A stretch of DNA of 45,634 nt from an uncultured Gammaproteobacteria bacterium (GTDB lineage Bacteria; Patescibacteriota; Microgenomatia; UBA12405), in assembly GCA_964538765.1 (NCBI GenBank), contig CAZIHS010000004.1, positions 1 through 45,634 on the forward strand, written 5' to 3'. The translations under genes were made by a program, and so were the position numbers. This document shows positions 1 to 8,677 of the stretch, piece after piece (the first letter of the stretch is position 1; each line of letters opens with the position of its first letter). Under the pieces are notes generated by a model. It had not been told where the DNA came from, did no database searches, and saw only the letters and a program-made list of their open reading frames with translations.

Positions 1-320
1 AAACGACTAGTTAAAAATTACTTAAAAAATTAGCGTTATCTAGTCAAGACCCAACTTTTTATTTAATAGATTTTGGTTTACCTCATTTACCTGCCCTGCA
101 ATCGGTTTTACTAGATTACGGAATTGATCCAAGTATTTACACAAATCCATCGGAGCAAACGCTACGAGACAATGCGGGTCATTTTAGAAGATATGTTTCT
201 GTTTATAGAGAACATGCAGAAGAATTATTTACAAAGAGAGAGAGATTAGAACAGCCAAAAGGACTAGCATAGTTAGTTAATAGTCATGCGGAAGCAGACG
301 AGAGAGTTGGTATTTCTGCA

Positions 321-818
321 ATGCTCCCAACAATTGAATTGCTGAGACAAAAAGGCATTACCAAACTTGTTTTGGGTAAAGAAGTTTTTTATCACTATGG
401 TGCACCCGATCCAAAAAATCCAACTTGGCAAGGATTTTTTGAAGCCAGTGAAGTAAATAAATATGCCAAACAACTTAGTGAGGCAGGTATTGAGGTAGTC
501 GTTATTGGGTTTGATTACAGATATAAAGAACAAGATGAAGAGCAGTCGCCATCTATAAAATTTGACGAATTTGATCCTTCTTATCGGCCACAAGCTATTG
601 AAGTTTACGACACCTCTGTGTGTCAGTCGTTATCAGGTAAGCGAATGGTTTTTGATCGGACGTCAGGACGCATTTATAAGATAATAAATGGTTTTGAAAA
701 GCCTGCCAGTGAATCTGAAATAGCAGACTTTTCTCGTAACTTACTTGATGCTGGGTTATCTGATGAAGAAATAGAAAGAATGAAAAAGAATTTGCCGCCA
801 AAACAAAAATCGGAATGA
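321..818 (+). CDS. Hypothetical protein (165 aa), probably the 3' part of a longer interrupted gene in foreign AT-rich DNA
   Basis: ORF track. The same frame is open upstream from 15 to 269 and 273 to 320, separated only by TAG at 270-272. Composition lacks the C-rich skew of the host DNA. Confidence 0.55.
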   Translation: MLPTIELLRQKGITKLVLGKEVFYHYGAPDPKNPTWQGFFEASEVNKYAKQLSEAGIEVVVIGFDYRYKEQDEEQSPSIKFDEFDPSYRPQAIEVYDTSVCQSLSGKRMVFDRTSGRIYKIINGFEKPASESEIADFSRNLLDAGLSDEEIERMKKNLPPKQKSE

Positions 819-883
819 TTTTTGTAGTTCGCGATTCGAAACTAAAAACTTGAAATCGTCCAATCCGAAAGGGTCGCCTCTGC

Positions 884-925
884 GGGCGGGCGGAAGGGGG
901 GGTCTGGGGGGAATTCCGCCCGCCC
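884..925. repeat. GC-rich perfect inverted repeat (12-bp stem, G-rich 18-nt loop), likely mobile-element end
   Basis: GGGCGGGCGGAA (884-895) is the exact reverse complement of TTCCGCCCGCCC (914-925); loop GGGGGGGTCTGGGGGGAA. Confidence 0.75.
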
Positions 926-970
926 TACAAATTTTGGGCGAAATCAGTTCGAATTTTTTCGAAAGCACAC

Positions 971-1300
971 CAGTGGGGTCGGGACACTAGTGTTGATTCT
1001 GTCATTGCCGGCCAACCGCTGATAGTTTTCAATGGTCAGCCTGCCTTCAGTGGTGACGACGATCCCAAAAAGTCATCCGTTGGACATCGCTCATTTATTG
1101 GCGCTTCCGACTCCACCGTCTACATCGGCATTGTTCATTCTGTCTCAATTGCCCAAATGTCACAGGTTTTGGCAAAAATGGGCCTAAAAAATGCCATTAA
1201 CCTCGACAGTGGGGGTTCAACCGCGCTTTGGTACAACGGCAAATTCCTTGCCGGCCCCGGCCGCGACACTCCGTTTGGCATCCTATTCGTCAAACGATAG
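971..1300 (+). pseudogene. Headless 3' fragment of a phosphodiester glycosidase (NAGPA/DUF2233-like) gene
   Basis: Manual translation: QWGRDTSVDSVIAGQPLIVFNG...RSFIG...MGLKNAINLDSGGSTALWYNGKFLAGPGRDTPFGILFVKR*. NLDSGGS matches the family NLDGGGS motif. No ATG/GTG/TTG in frame between the upstream TGA (851-853) and the internal Met at 1157. Confidence 0.75.
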
Positions 1301-2464
1301 ATTTCTCCCTTTCGGTGCTAATGACAAACTGTTGATAATATTGTCCTCACCCTCATACCCCAGCGCCCAAAACCCCACCCCGGCCAGTTCGGTTTGTCGG
1401 GCCAGGGCCACTTTAACCCCAATGCTTTTTGAGTTCTCGAAATACGCCGAATAAAGTTTTCCTCGCTTTTTATATACTACCCAAGGTGTCATTGATTCTT
1501 CATCAAAATTTTCCCTAAACTCACCTTCGCCAAGCACCCCGTCTGCGTCAACCGCTAGCCCCTCTTCTTTAATCAACCTTTTAGCCCGGTTAAAACTCAC
1601 CATCTCTCCCCCGCCTCCAACTACCAAAGACCCAAAACCATCGTCTTCCACCCTCCACACATAGCCATACAAAGGCAATGCTAAAATAATCTTCTTTTTG
1701 TCCAATTTTTCTTCAACCACCCGTTCTACAACTTCGATCAAACTTCGGCTTCCGGCCACCGATCTCAATGGAGCCACCGGCCCAGAGTTATTTGACCCCG
1801 GCCGATGAAAATCGTAAGCCATCACTATAAACCTGTCTACCACCGAAATAAATTTCGCCAAGTCCTCGCCGTCCCCTTTGATCATTGTATTAGCAAAGAC
1901 ATCAATTCCAACTTCAACTCCGGTTCCTTTTTTAAGCTCACCCAAAAAATCCAGCATTGATCGCGACAATATTTTTGTCGGGCTCCCTTGATACTCAAAA
2001 TCAACATTAATACCATCAAACCTGCCACCACCAACAAGATTCCTCACTTCCTCCACCAATTTGGCTCTTGCCATCTCCGAAGCTAAAAACTTGTCAATAT
2101 CATTATCTTTAAACAGTTTCAGCCCCACTGCCACTTTTCCGCCGCTATTTTTTACCTCATTTTTTTGTTTTTCAAAATCGGTTCCAAATATTTTTTTCGA
2201 TTGACTATCCCAAATCAGCCCCCCGTCTTTTCCCACTTCTATACCCAAAAACACCAATTCGCTCAACTCATTGCCATAAATCTTCGTTTTCCCTACCATC
2301 CAGGTTGGCAAAAAACCAACAACTTCCATCTTTCTGCTGTTTTCAAGGTTAAACAATTTACTAGACAATGGCGTCAACAAATCCCCTCCAGCCCTCCCAC
2401 TCCAAAATAACCACCCCCCAACTCCCAACAAAATCAGTATTATCAACCCAAACAATCTATTCAC
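1283..2464 (-). CDS. Glycoside hydrolase family 18 protein with N-terminal membrane anchor
   Basis: FDGINVDFEY catalytic motif, VMAYDFH, LALPLYGY, GVGFWALG; hydrophobic N-terminus. Confidence 0.9.
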   Translation of the reverse strand: MNRLFGLIILILLGVGGWLFWSGRAGGDLLTPLSSKLFNLENSRKMEVVGFLPTWMVGKTKIYGNELSELVFLGIEVGKDGGLIWDSQSKKIFGTDFEKQKNEVKNSGGKVAVGLKLFKDNDIDKFLASEMARAKLVEEVRNLVGGGRFDGINVDFEYQGSPTKILSRSMLDFLGELKKGTGVEVGIDVFANTMIKGDGEDLAKFISVVDRFIVMAYDFHRPGSNNSGPVAPLRSVAGSRSLIEVVERVVEEKLDKKKIILALPLYGYVWRVEDDGFGSLVVGGGGEMVSFNRAKRLIKEEGLAVDADGVLGEGEFRENFDEESMTPWVVYKKRGKLYSAYFENSKSIGVKVALARQTELAGVGFWALGYEGEDNIINSLSLAPKGRNLSFDE

Positions 2465-2581
2465 TCAAATATTTTATCCCACAAAACCTCTTAAAATTCC
2501 CCCAAGTCCCAAAAACCAAATAAAACCCAACCGTAAGAACCAAAAACTTTTTCACAATTTTTCCTTTCTTCATTGTTTTTG

Positions 2582-2655
2582 TGGGCAATAGTGGACTCGA
2601 ACCACTGACCTCTGTCTTATCAGGACAGCGCTCTAACCAACTGAGCTAATCGCCC
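2582..2655 (-). tRNA. tRNA-Ile(GAT), CCA not encoded
   Basis: Reverse complement GGGCGATTAGCTCAGTTGGTTAGAGCG-CTGTC-CTGATAA-GACAG-AGGTCAGTGGTTCGAGTCCACT-ATTGCCCA: full cloverleaf, anticodon GAT, TTCGA T-loop. Confidence 0.97.
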
Positions 2656-2667
2656 CAAAATTTCCAC

Positions 2668-2676
2668 AGTATAGCA
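2668..2676 (-). promoter_or_regulatory. Extended -10 promoter of tRNA-Ile
   Basis: Minus strand reads TGcTATACT, 12 nt before the tRNA 5' end. Confidence 0.6.
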
Positions 2677-2702
2677 CACATTTATCCATCCCTTCTATCT
2701 GC

Positions 2703-3848
2703 CTATTTACAGGCACTAGCACAGTCAGAGCTCGTCACCGGAATACACCTTGCCCCGGTATACCGACCGTCCAATCCCCAACAGGACTTACACCGATACC
2801 CGGTCTGACAGCTAACAAACCCATCAACATCACACCTTGAACAGGCCGTAGTCCATGGCGGCCTTGTCGGCCTCACCGTCACCGACGGCATTGGTGTTGT
2901 CGAACCAGAAAAACAACTTCCTCCGCTAGCAAACGCCTGCTCACAAGTCTGCCCCAAAGGTACGCATTTAGCCCCGGCGTACGTCGAACCCGACCAGCAA
3001 CTTTTACACCAGTAACCGCTTACGCATCCCGAAGATCCAGGAACATCGCATCTCTCACAGGCCAATGCCCTCACCCCCGATGCTGTTGGAGTTAATGTTG
3101 GCAAAACAACTCCAGTTGCGGTTGGATATGTTGCCGTTGGCGTTGATGTTGGTACTGCCGCTGTTGGCGTTGCCGTCGGCACCACCACAGTTGGTGTTGC
3201 TGTCGGAACACCTCCATAAGTTGGAGTCGGTGTCGGGGGCACCGAAGAAGGCGCCGGCGTTGAAGTTGGCGCTGGTCCACCACCCGACACCAAATACACA
3301 ATCCCCGCCGAAGCCAGTTGAATTGACGGATCAGCTCCAGTAGTCGACGCCACCCCCATGCTGTCAGTAGTGTTCAACGACACCATCGCGCTTCCACCAT
3401 TAATCGCCTTAAACTTAACTTTTCCTAAATTAACCACCCCTGTCGGCAAATCTGTTTCAGGTAAACTGTTTGGAACCGCACCCGACAACATCAGCTTCCC
3501 CTCGGCATTAATAAATGTATTTGCGAATATGTCCCCGCTGCTCCTAAAAATAAAGCTGGAGCTATTCCCATAATCAGGAGTAACTTCCAAAACCTGAACC
3601 TTGTCTTTATCAAAGTTTACCCTAACGTCAATTGCCACTAGTTTTTTATCTCCCACATCAACTTTTAAATCCATTAAAACTTCCTGGTTTACAGTCAAGT
3701 TTGTGACCGAAGAATTCATTATTACCGTTCCTGTTGAAAAGAATGCGCCCCTTCTGGTTTCTTGGTTTTTCCTCACCAGCACCAATCCTGCCGCCAGCGC
3801 CCCAAACAGCACCAAAACAAAAAGAACCCTTCCCATCTTCTTTAACAT
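2703..3848 (-). CDS. Membrane-anchored cohesin-domain protein with Pro/Thr linker and two Cys-rich C-terminal modules
   Basis: N-terminal TM + QETRRGA; cohesin-like beta-sandwich (AIDVRVNFDKDKVQVLEV, LGKVKFKA); PTATPT linker; duplicated CxxCDVxGxxxCxxGYxCKSCW module. Confidence 0.75.
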   Translation of the reverse strand: MLKKMGRVLFVLVLFGALAAGLVLVRKNQETRRGAFFSTGTVIMNSSVTNLTVNQEVLMDLKVDVGDKKLVAIDVRVNFDKDKVQVLEVTPDYGNSSSFIFRSSGDIFANTFINAEGKLMLSGAVPNSLPETDLPTGVVNLGKVKFKAINGGSAMVSLNTTDSMGVASTTGADPSIQLASAGIVYLVSGGGPAPTSTPAPSSVPPTPTPTYGGVPTATPTVVVPTATPTAAVPTSTPTATYPTATGVVLPTLTPTASGVRALACERCDVPGSSGCVSGYWCKSCWSGSTYAGAKCVPLGQTCEQAFASGGSCFSGSTTPMPSVTVRPTRPPWTTACSRCDVDGFVSCQTGYRCKSCWGLDGRYTGARCIPVTSSDCASACK

Positions 3849-3893
3849 TTTCTAAATATTCTATTAATCAATAATTAAATATTAGCATTATTT

Positions 3894-6800
3894 TTAATTT
3901 GCAGGAGTTTCTGATATAAAGCCTATCTTCAGTTGACCCCCTTTAGGAAACAAAACCACAAACCTTCCGTCGTTCTGATTGGTGTATATAATCCTCACCC
4001 CGTCTCCCCCCAAGGTTAGGCCCATATTCGCCTCAGACATTCCTCCAATCAATTTCCTTTCCAGGTTTTGATTAAACGCCGCCACCCTGGCATCGTAACT
4101 AAAGTTTGCATTTCTTTGATTCCACACCACCAAACAATTGTCAGAATTTGCCTTTTTACTACACCCTATATCAGGTACCGGATATTGCCCAGAAGATGCC
4201 ACCGTCACCGTCTGACCCCCAACCCTGGAAAGCATTACTCTCGCGCTACTCTCGGCATAACCTGGAGTCGGTACACTATTTCCGGTAAAATCTTGAAAAG
4301 TCACATAAAACGCCTGGGAAACATTGTTGTAGTCAGTGTTTGGTTTTTCAGAGGCATTTGCGCTCGCCGTTCCATCCCCATATAGCTTCACATTACTACC
4401 TACAAAATTAAGATTAGTTCCGTCAACCAGTTGGTACCAGATGTCAAACCGATCATGAGCGTGAGCATATGGTTGTGGAAGTACATTTTCCCTGTCGTCG
4501 CTCCACACCGACAATACTTTCCCGTCACCAAAAGCCAGGTCTGAATATTGCTGCATTCTGGCCACCGGATCACCCGCCACCATTCTCGTCATCAAAACAT
4601 TGCCGCCACTCAAGCTTCCGTCCATGTTCACCGCCTGACCAAATATTTCTTTTTCAGTATCAAACGGCCTTCCCATCCCCGACCGGTATCGGTGATCGTG
4701 CCAGGTGATAAAGTATTTGTTCGATGTCGGCACATATTGCACCATCGGCACCCATTGACAATCCGGCTGGCTCGGATCAGAAACCGCAATCTCCTGTCCC
4801 AAAAGCACTCCATCTTCCGATACTCTCCTGGCCAAAACATCATAACACCTTGCTTGAAATTGGCTCGAATCCGGCACTCTTTGCCAGGCCACCAAAAACT
4901 CCTTTGAGGACGGACTATAGCTAACATAAGGGTGCTGCTCATCTGTTGCCGTTGCACTAATTACAAAAGGGTCAGTAAGTTGGTTTCCTGCCCCATCAAC
5001 AATTTGTCCATAAACATTGTAGTTCGCGTTTGCCCCATACACCACTGCCGGGTCACCCGCGTTTTCAATCCAGCTTACTAAAAATTTCGGTGTTGCCAGG
5101 TTATCCCCAAATGCAAAATGCGGTTCACCTTTGTCTCTCGAGCCATAAACCAAGTTCTTAATTGTCGGCGATCCAATATTATATGCTCCTGCTGCCACTG
5201 GCGGCAACGTCACTGATGGTAGTGGCGATATTGTTGGAGTCACCGTCGATCCCCCAAGATAAGCCGTTCTAAACATTGAATAATCCAATATATCCACCCT
5301 CCCATTACAACTAAAATCAGATCGGGTTGCATTTTGGTTGTGCAAATAGTCGTCTCTCCACCATCCAAAGTCAACCAAATTCACCACCCCATCACAGTTT
5401 GCATCACCCGGCCTTCTCAAAACTCCCCCCTGGCAATATCCACACTGTCCACCACCGCTTCCAGCAGTCGGTGTTGCAGTCGGCGTTGGACTCGAAACAT
5501 TTCCCTCCGCCGCTTCCACCCAAACCATATGAAAAAAATCATCCCCAACGCCACTTTCAATTTCAATATTCGGCCCATGCCAGCCAACCACCGTGCTTGG
5601 CTCAACTTCTCCACTCAAATCAACATCACCAAGGTCCATCGTCTCCATCAACACCGCGTTAACTCCACCCCCGGCCACCCCCGGCCGCGTCCCTTTGGTC
5701 ACCACCCTGCTACCTACCCCTCCCCCCGCCTTCGAATACTTTACTGTAAAACTATCAGTCCCCTTGTTAAGAAAAAAGATTCTCAATTTCAACCCGTTCC
5801 CTCCAAACTTACCCTGATTCACCAGTCTTTGGTCAGCCAGTAATTTCATCCTTTGGCCTGCCGCCAATTTTCTCATCTGCCTGGTATACATCTGCCCGCT
5901 ATCTGCCACCAAGCCAGATGGATATACCATTTCCCCGCTATCCCACCTCACCACACTAGTTGCTTCAGGGTTTAAAAGTCTTAGATACTTTTCAAAATTA
6001 CCGCTAAGTTTGGCACTAAATCCCTTGCTTCTGTCAGCCACGTCACAATTGGGCAATCCCGGGTTCACATTACACCCAACTTCGGCATACGCCGGCAAAC
6101 CCTGTTCCAAACCATGTCCATAAAGATTTCCCTGGCCAAAAGGACCTTCCCTCCTTGTCACTGTCGAACCGTCAGATCGAAGCTCGCTGTCTCTAAACAC
6201 CACCCAGGCATGTTTTGCATCTCTCGGGCTAACTCCTAAATTTTCCTGATACCACTTCCAAAAGCCCAAACCACCTGTCGTCCCCAAATCGGGCCAAGGC
6301 GCGAAACCATCCATCCCCACTTTAACCAAAGGCGCCACTCCCCCTCCAAGGTCAACTTGTCCACTGCTGTTTACTGGTAAAATCCAATCATCCTGAAAGT
6401 CAGCAAAAGTGATGTTCGCTCTCAACGAGGCCAAAAAAGACCAATAGGCAAACTCTATTCTTTTTTTTTCGTCGCCACTTCTTCCTGCCAAATCTAAAGT
6501 TGTCTCCATTGCGGTTTTCGCCAAAGCCGTCATGTTAAACATGTCACTCACCGAATCCATCACCTGTATTTGCCCTCCTCTTAGTTTTAAGTTATTGTTG
6601 GTAACCGATATTGCCGAAGAATAACCCGAATTTTCGGGTTGCATCCCGTTATGTTTAAATCCAATCGCTGGAGACAGCGTCAAACTATAATCCCGCCACT
6701 GGGCAACAGTTTTGGTATCTCCATTTGCCGAATGCTGTAAAAATATGTCCTTTTGCGGAAATGCCTGCCTCCACACCTCCATTTGATATCTCACCCATTC

Positions 6801-7445
6801 CTTATATATACCTAAATTTTGCCATGTACCCCAAACACTGGCCGCATTACACCCTCGCCAATCTTTTGTTGCCGCCGCTTCATCGTCAACTCCAGAAGCC
6901 AAAGCAATGCCTGACAACCGCGGATCATCCTTAAGAGAAATGCTCTGGCCCCGATACACTGTCTGGTAGTTTGAAATAGCCCTCACCTTATCGGCATATC
7001 TGGCTTTAAAATTTGCGTCTCCATACTTTGGTATTTTAATCTTTCCGCAAGAGGCACTAATTAATTCCACATCATCAGCCCTGACATACGTCTTATACTG
7101 TTCATTAACCGGACCGGGCAAAACAGGATTAATTAAATACAACTGAAGTGTCATATAAAAAGGTTTGTCAACCATCTGACCATCAAAGTTCCTCACCTTT
7201 CTCCCCGCCTCAATTTTGTTTTTCACTGCTTGTTCAGTAAACACCTCATTTGAACCAGTCTCATCATACCAAGGTATCATAATATGTCCTCCAATCGGGC
7301 CAACTTTTGGATACAACGCCCCAAAATCTCTATTTGAATAATCGTCCCTAGAATAAATCATTGGCACCATCTCTGCCAATACCACACCACCTGCCATCAG
7401 CCAAAACACTCCACCCAGCACCAGCAAGCGAATCAACCTATTCAT
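3894..7445 (-). CDS. Large secreted protein: putative glycoside-hydrolase-like N-terminal domain, dockerin type I, C-terminal beta-repeat domain
   Basis: Signal peptide (VVLA-E); dockerin repeats GDANCDGVVNLVDF and SDFSCNGRVDILDY; P/T linkers; repeated hydrophobic-xxW strands (FLVSW, FLVAW, YFITW, VLSVW, CLVVW). The GH call rests on weak motif resemblance (KDDPRLSGIALASGVDDE; WRQAFP). Confidence 0.7.
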   Translation of the reverse strand: MNRLIRLLVLGGVFWLMAGGVVLAEMVPMIYSRDDYSNRDFGALYPKVGPIGGHIMIPWYDETGSNEVFTEQAVKNKIEAGRKVRNFDGQMVDKPFYMTLQLYLINPVLPGPVNEQYKTYVRADDVELISASCGKIKIPKYGDANFKARYADKVRAISNYQTVYRGQSISLKDDPRLSGIALASGVDDEAAATKDWRGCNAASVWGTWQNLGIYKEWVRYQMEVWRQAFPQKDIFLQHSANGDTKTVAQWRDYSLTLSPAIGFKHNGMQPENSGYSSAISVTNNNLKLRGGQIQVMDSVSDMFNMTALAKTAMETTLDLAGRSGDEKKRIEFAYWSFLASLRANITFADFQDDWILPVNSSGQVDLGGGVAPLVKVGMDGFAPWPDLGTTGGLGFWKWYQENLGVSPRDAKHAWVVFRDSELRSDGSTVTRREGPFGQGNLYGHGLEQGLPAYAEVGCNVNPGLPNCDVADRSKGFSAKLSGNFEKYLRLLNPEATSVVRWDSGEMVYPSGLVADSGQMYTRQMRKLAAGQRMKLLADQRLVNQGKFGGNGLKLRIFFLNKGTDSFTVKYSKAGGGVGSRVVTKGTRPGVAGGGVNAVLMETMDLGDVDLSGEVEPSTVVGWHGPNIEIESGVGDDFFHMVWVEAAEGNVSSPTPTATPTAGSGGGQCGYCQGGVLRRPGDANCDGVVNLVDFGWWRDDYLHNQNATRSDFSCNGRVDILDYSMFRTAYLGGSTVTPTISPLPSVTLPPVAAGAYNIGSPTIKNLVYGSRDKGEPHFAFGDNLATPKFLVSWIENAGDPAVVYGANANYNVYGQIVDGAGNQLTDPFVISATATDEQHPYVSYSPSSKEFLVAWQRVPDSSQFQARCYDVLARRVSEDGVLLGQEIAVSDPSQPDCQWVPMVQYVPTSNKYFITWHDHRYRSGMGRPFDTEKEIFGQAVNMDGSLSGGNVLMTRMVAGDPVARMQQYSDLAFGDGKVLSVWSDDRENVLPQPYAHAHDRFDIWYQLVDGTNLNFVGSNVKLYGDGTASANASEKPNTDYNNVSQAFYVTFQDFTGNSVPTPGYAESSARVMLSRVGGQTVTVASSGQYPVPDIGCSKKANSDNCLVVWNQRNANFSYDARVAAFNQNLERKLIGGMSEANMGLTLGGDGVRIIYTNQNDGRFVVLFPKGGQLKIGFISETPAN

Positions 7446-7447
7446 GC

Positions 7448-8668
7448 CTAATACAACTGATCTTGTTTTTCCTGAAGCGCTACCATTAAATTAGCAACAT
7501 CAAGACTGTTAACCAAGCAGTTGCCATCCAAATCAGCCTTCAAATCACCTCCCACCTCAGCCTGTTCCCTCAACAAAGCTTTCGCCTTCACATAAGCAAA
7601 ATCCACCCCATCCACCACTCCATCCTGTTCACCCGAATCTCTTCCAACAACATCTCCAGGCACCAAAGGATACCCACTAAAATCAACTGTTTGGTCAGCC
7701 AAAATTGTTATTTGCCCTCCTGGCCGATTATAAAAAGCAGTTTGTCCATCAACCGCATACTTAGTTTGGGCATGTTTTGGCCCCTTAATCAAAATTGCCA
7801 ACCCCTCTCTCTCTGAAATACCATCCAAATTCACCACCCCCAAATACTTCCTCAATCCACCCCCGTTTTCCACCAAAGCTAATCCAACATTCTCATAACT
7901 TCTCATTTGAGTTGGGCCAACAACCGTCACTTTCACCGGCCAGTTAACGGCACAACTTGAATCAGGCCCAACATCCTCAAAAGCCATCTTAAATTTCAAT
8001 AAATTAGCCGCCCCACCCGGCCCTGCCGTCGGGGTTGGAGTTGGCGAAGGCGTCAAAGTTGCTGTTGGTGTAGGTGTCGCCGTCGCTGTCACTTCAGGCG
8101 TAGGAGTATCCGTCGCTGCCGCTCCACTCCCAACCTGATAAACACCCCAACCCAGAGTTCCCCATTCCAACGTCTCCGGAGTCCCTTGACTGCTTATACC
8201 CCTCAACATATAAACGTAAGACCCATCAACCCCCAGCCTTGCCTCTCCCTGAGCCAGCGCCTCCAGTTCAATTCTAAATAAACTCGCCACCCCAGTCACC
8301 CCTCTAGTATCCCCTTCCCCTAAAGTCGCCTCCAGCACAATTTTCCCGGTCGCCTGATCAACTCTTTTCTGGATCACATCTCCAACTAACGGTTCTTTTG
8401 TCACTGAGTTAACTTTTAATCTGCTGTTATCAAAAACCAGCCCTATCTCCATCGCGCTCAAATACCGTTCTCTGACGTCCACTTTCACCACCACCGTCCA
8501 TGTCTCGCCCACTGCCACCGTCTTAGTATCCGGTAGAACCAGAAAATCAACCAGACCGTTAGCCGCCCCTCTTCTCGTTTCTTGTCTTCGGGAAACCAAC
8601 ACCAAGCTGGCCACCAGTGCCACCCCAACCAATCCCCACCACAACCACTTCAACTTATCTCTCAACAT
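7448..8668 (-). CDS. Membrane-anchored cohesin + dockerin protein
   Basis: N-terminal TM + QETRRGA; cohesin-like segment (SAMEIGLVFDNSRLKV, LFRIELEAL); TPT linker; C-terminal dockerin GDV...QDGVVDGVDF / ADLDGNCLVNSLDV. Confidence 0.8.
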   Translation of the reverse strand: MLRDKLKWLWWGLVGVALVASLVLVSRRQETRRGAANGLVDFLVLPDTKTVAVGETWTVVVKVDVRERYLSAMEIGLVFDNSRLKVNSVTKEPLVGDVIQKRVDQATGKIVLEATLGEGDTRGVTGVASLFRIELEALAQGEARLGVDGSYVYMLRGISSQGTPETLEWGTLGWGVYQVGSGAAATDTPTPEVTATATPTPTATLTPSPTPTPTAGPGGAANLLKFKMAFEDVGPDSSCAVNWPVKVTVVGPTQMRSYENVGLALVENGGGLRKYLGVVNLDGISEREGLAILIKGPKHAQTKYAVDGQTAFYNRPGGQITILADQTVDFSGYPLVPGDVVGRDSGEQDGVVDGVDFAYVKAKALLREQAEVGGDLKADLDGNCLVNSLDVANLMVALQEKQDQLY

Positions 8669-8677
8669 TAATTAAAT

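Noticed and set aside
756-968. 70-aa minus-strand ORF (MLSKKFELISPK...GGIPPRPPLPP)
   Set aside because: Translation of the GC hairpin region; low complexity and overlaps the end of the 321-818 gene.
973-986. GTGGGGTCGGGAC as a tRNA-derived att duplication of tRNA-Ile
   Set aside because: It does not match the tRNA-Ile 3' end beyond GTGGG, and it reads in frame as WGRD of the glycosidase remnant.
2548-2556. Isolated perfect DnaA boxes (2548, 23560, 32170)
   Set aside because: Singletons expected by chance on a C/T-rich strand; 32170 is dictated by the conserved FFHT peptide.
2706-3059. Diversity-generating retroelement TR/VR pair
   Set aside because: The two Cys modules differ at all base types and contain indels; no reverse transcriptase in the window.
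3065-6934. Many plus-strand Pro/Ser/His-rich ORFs opposite the cohesin/dockerin genes
   Set aside because: Antisense shadows produced by strong C/T skew (few stops); no motifs. The same applies to 10821-11429, 21444-22145, 22666-23514 and 37708-38385.
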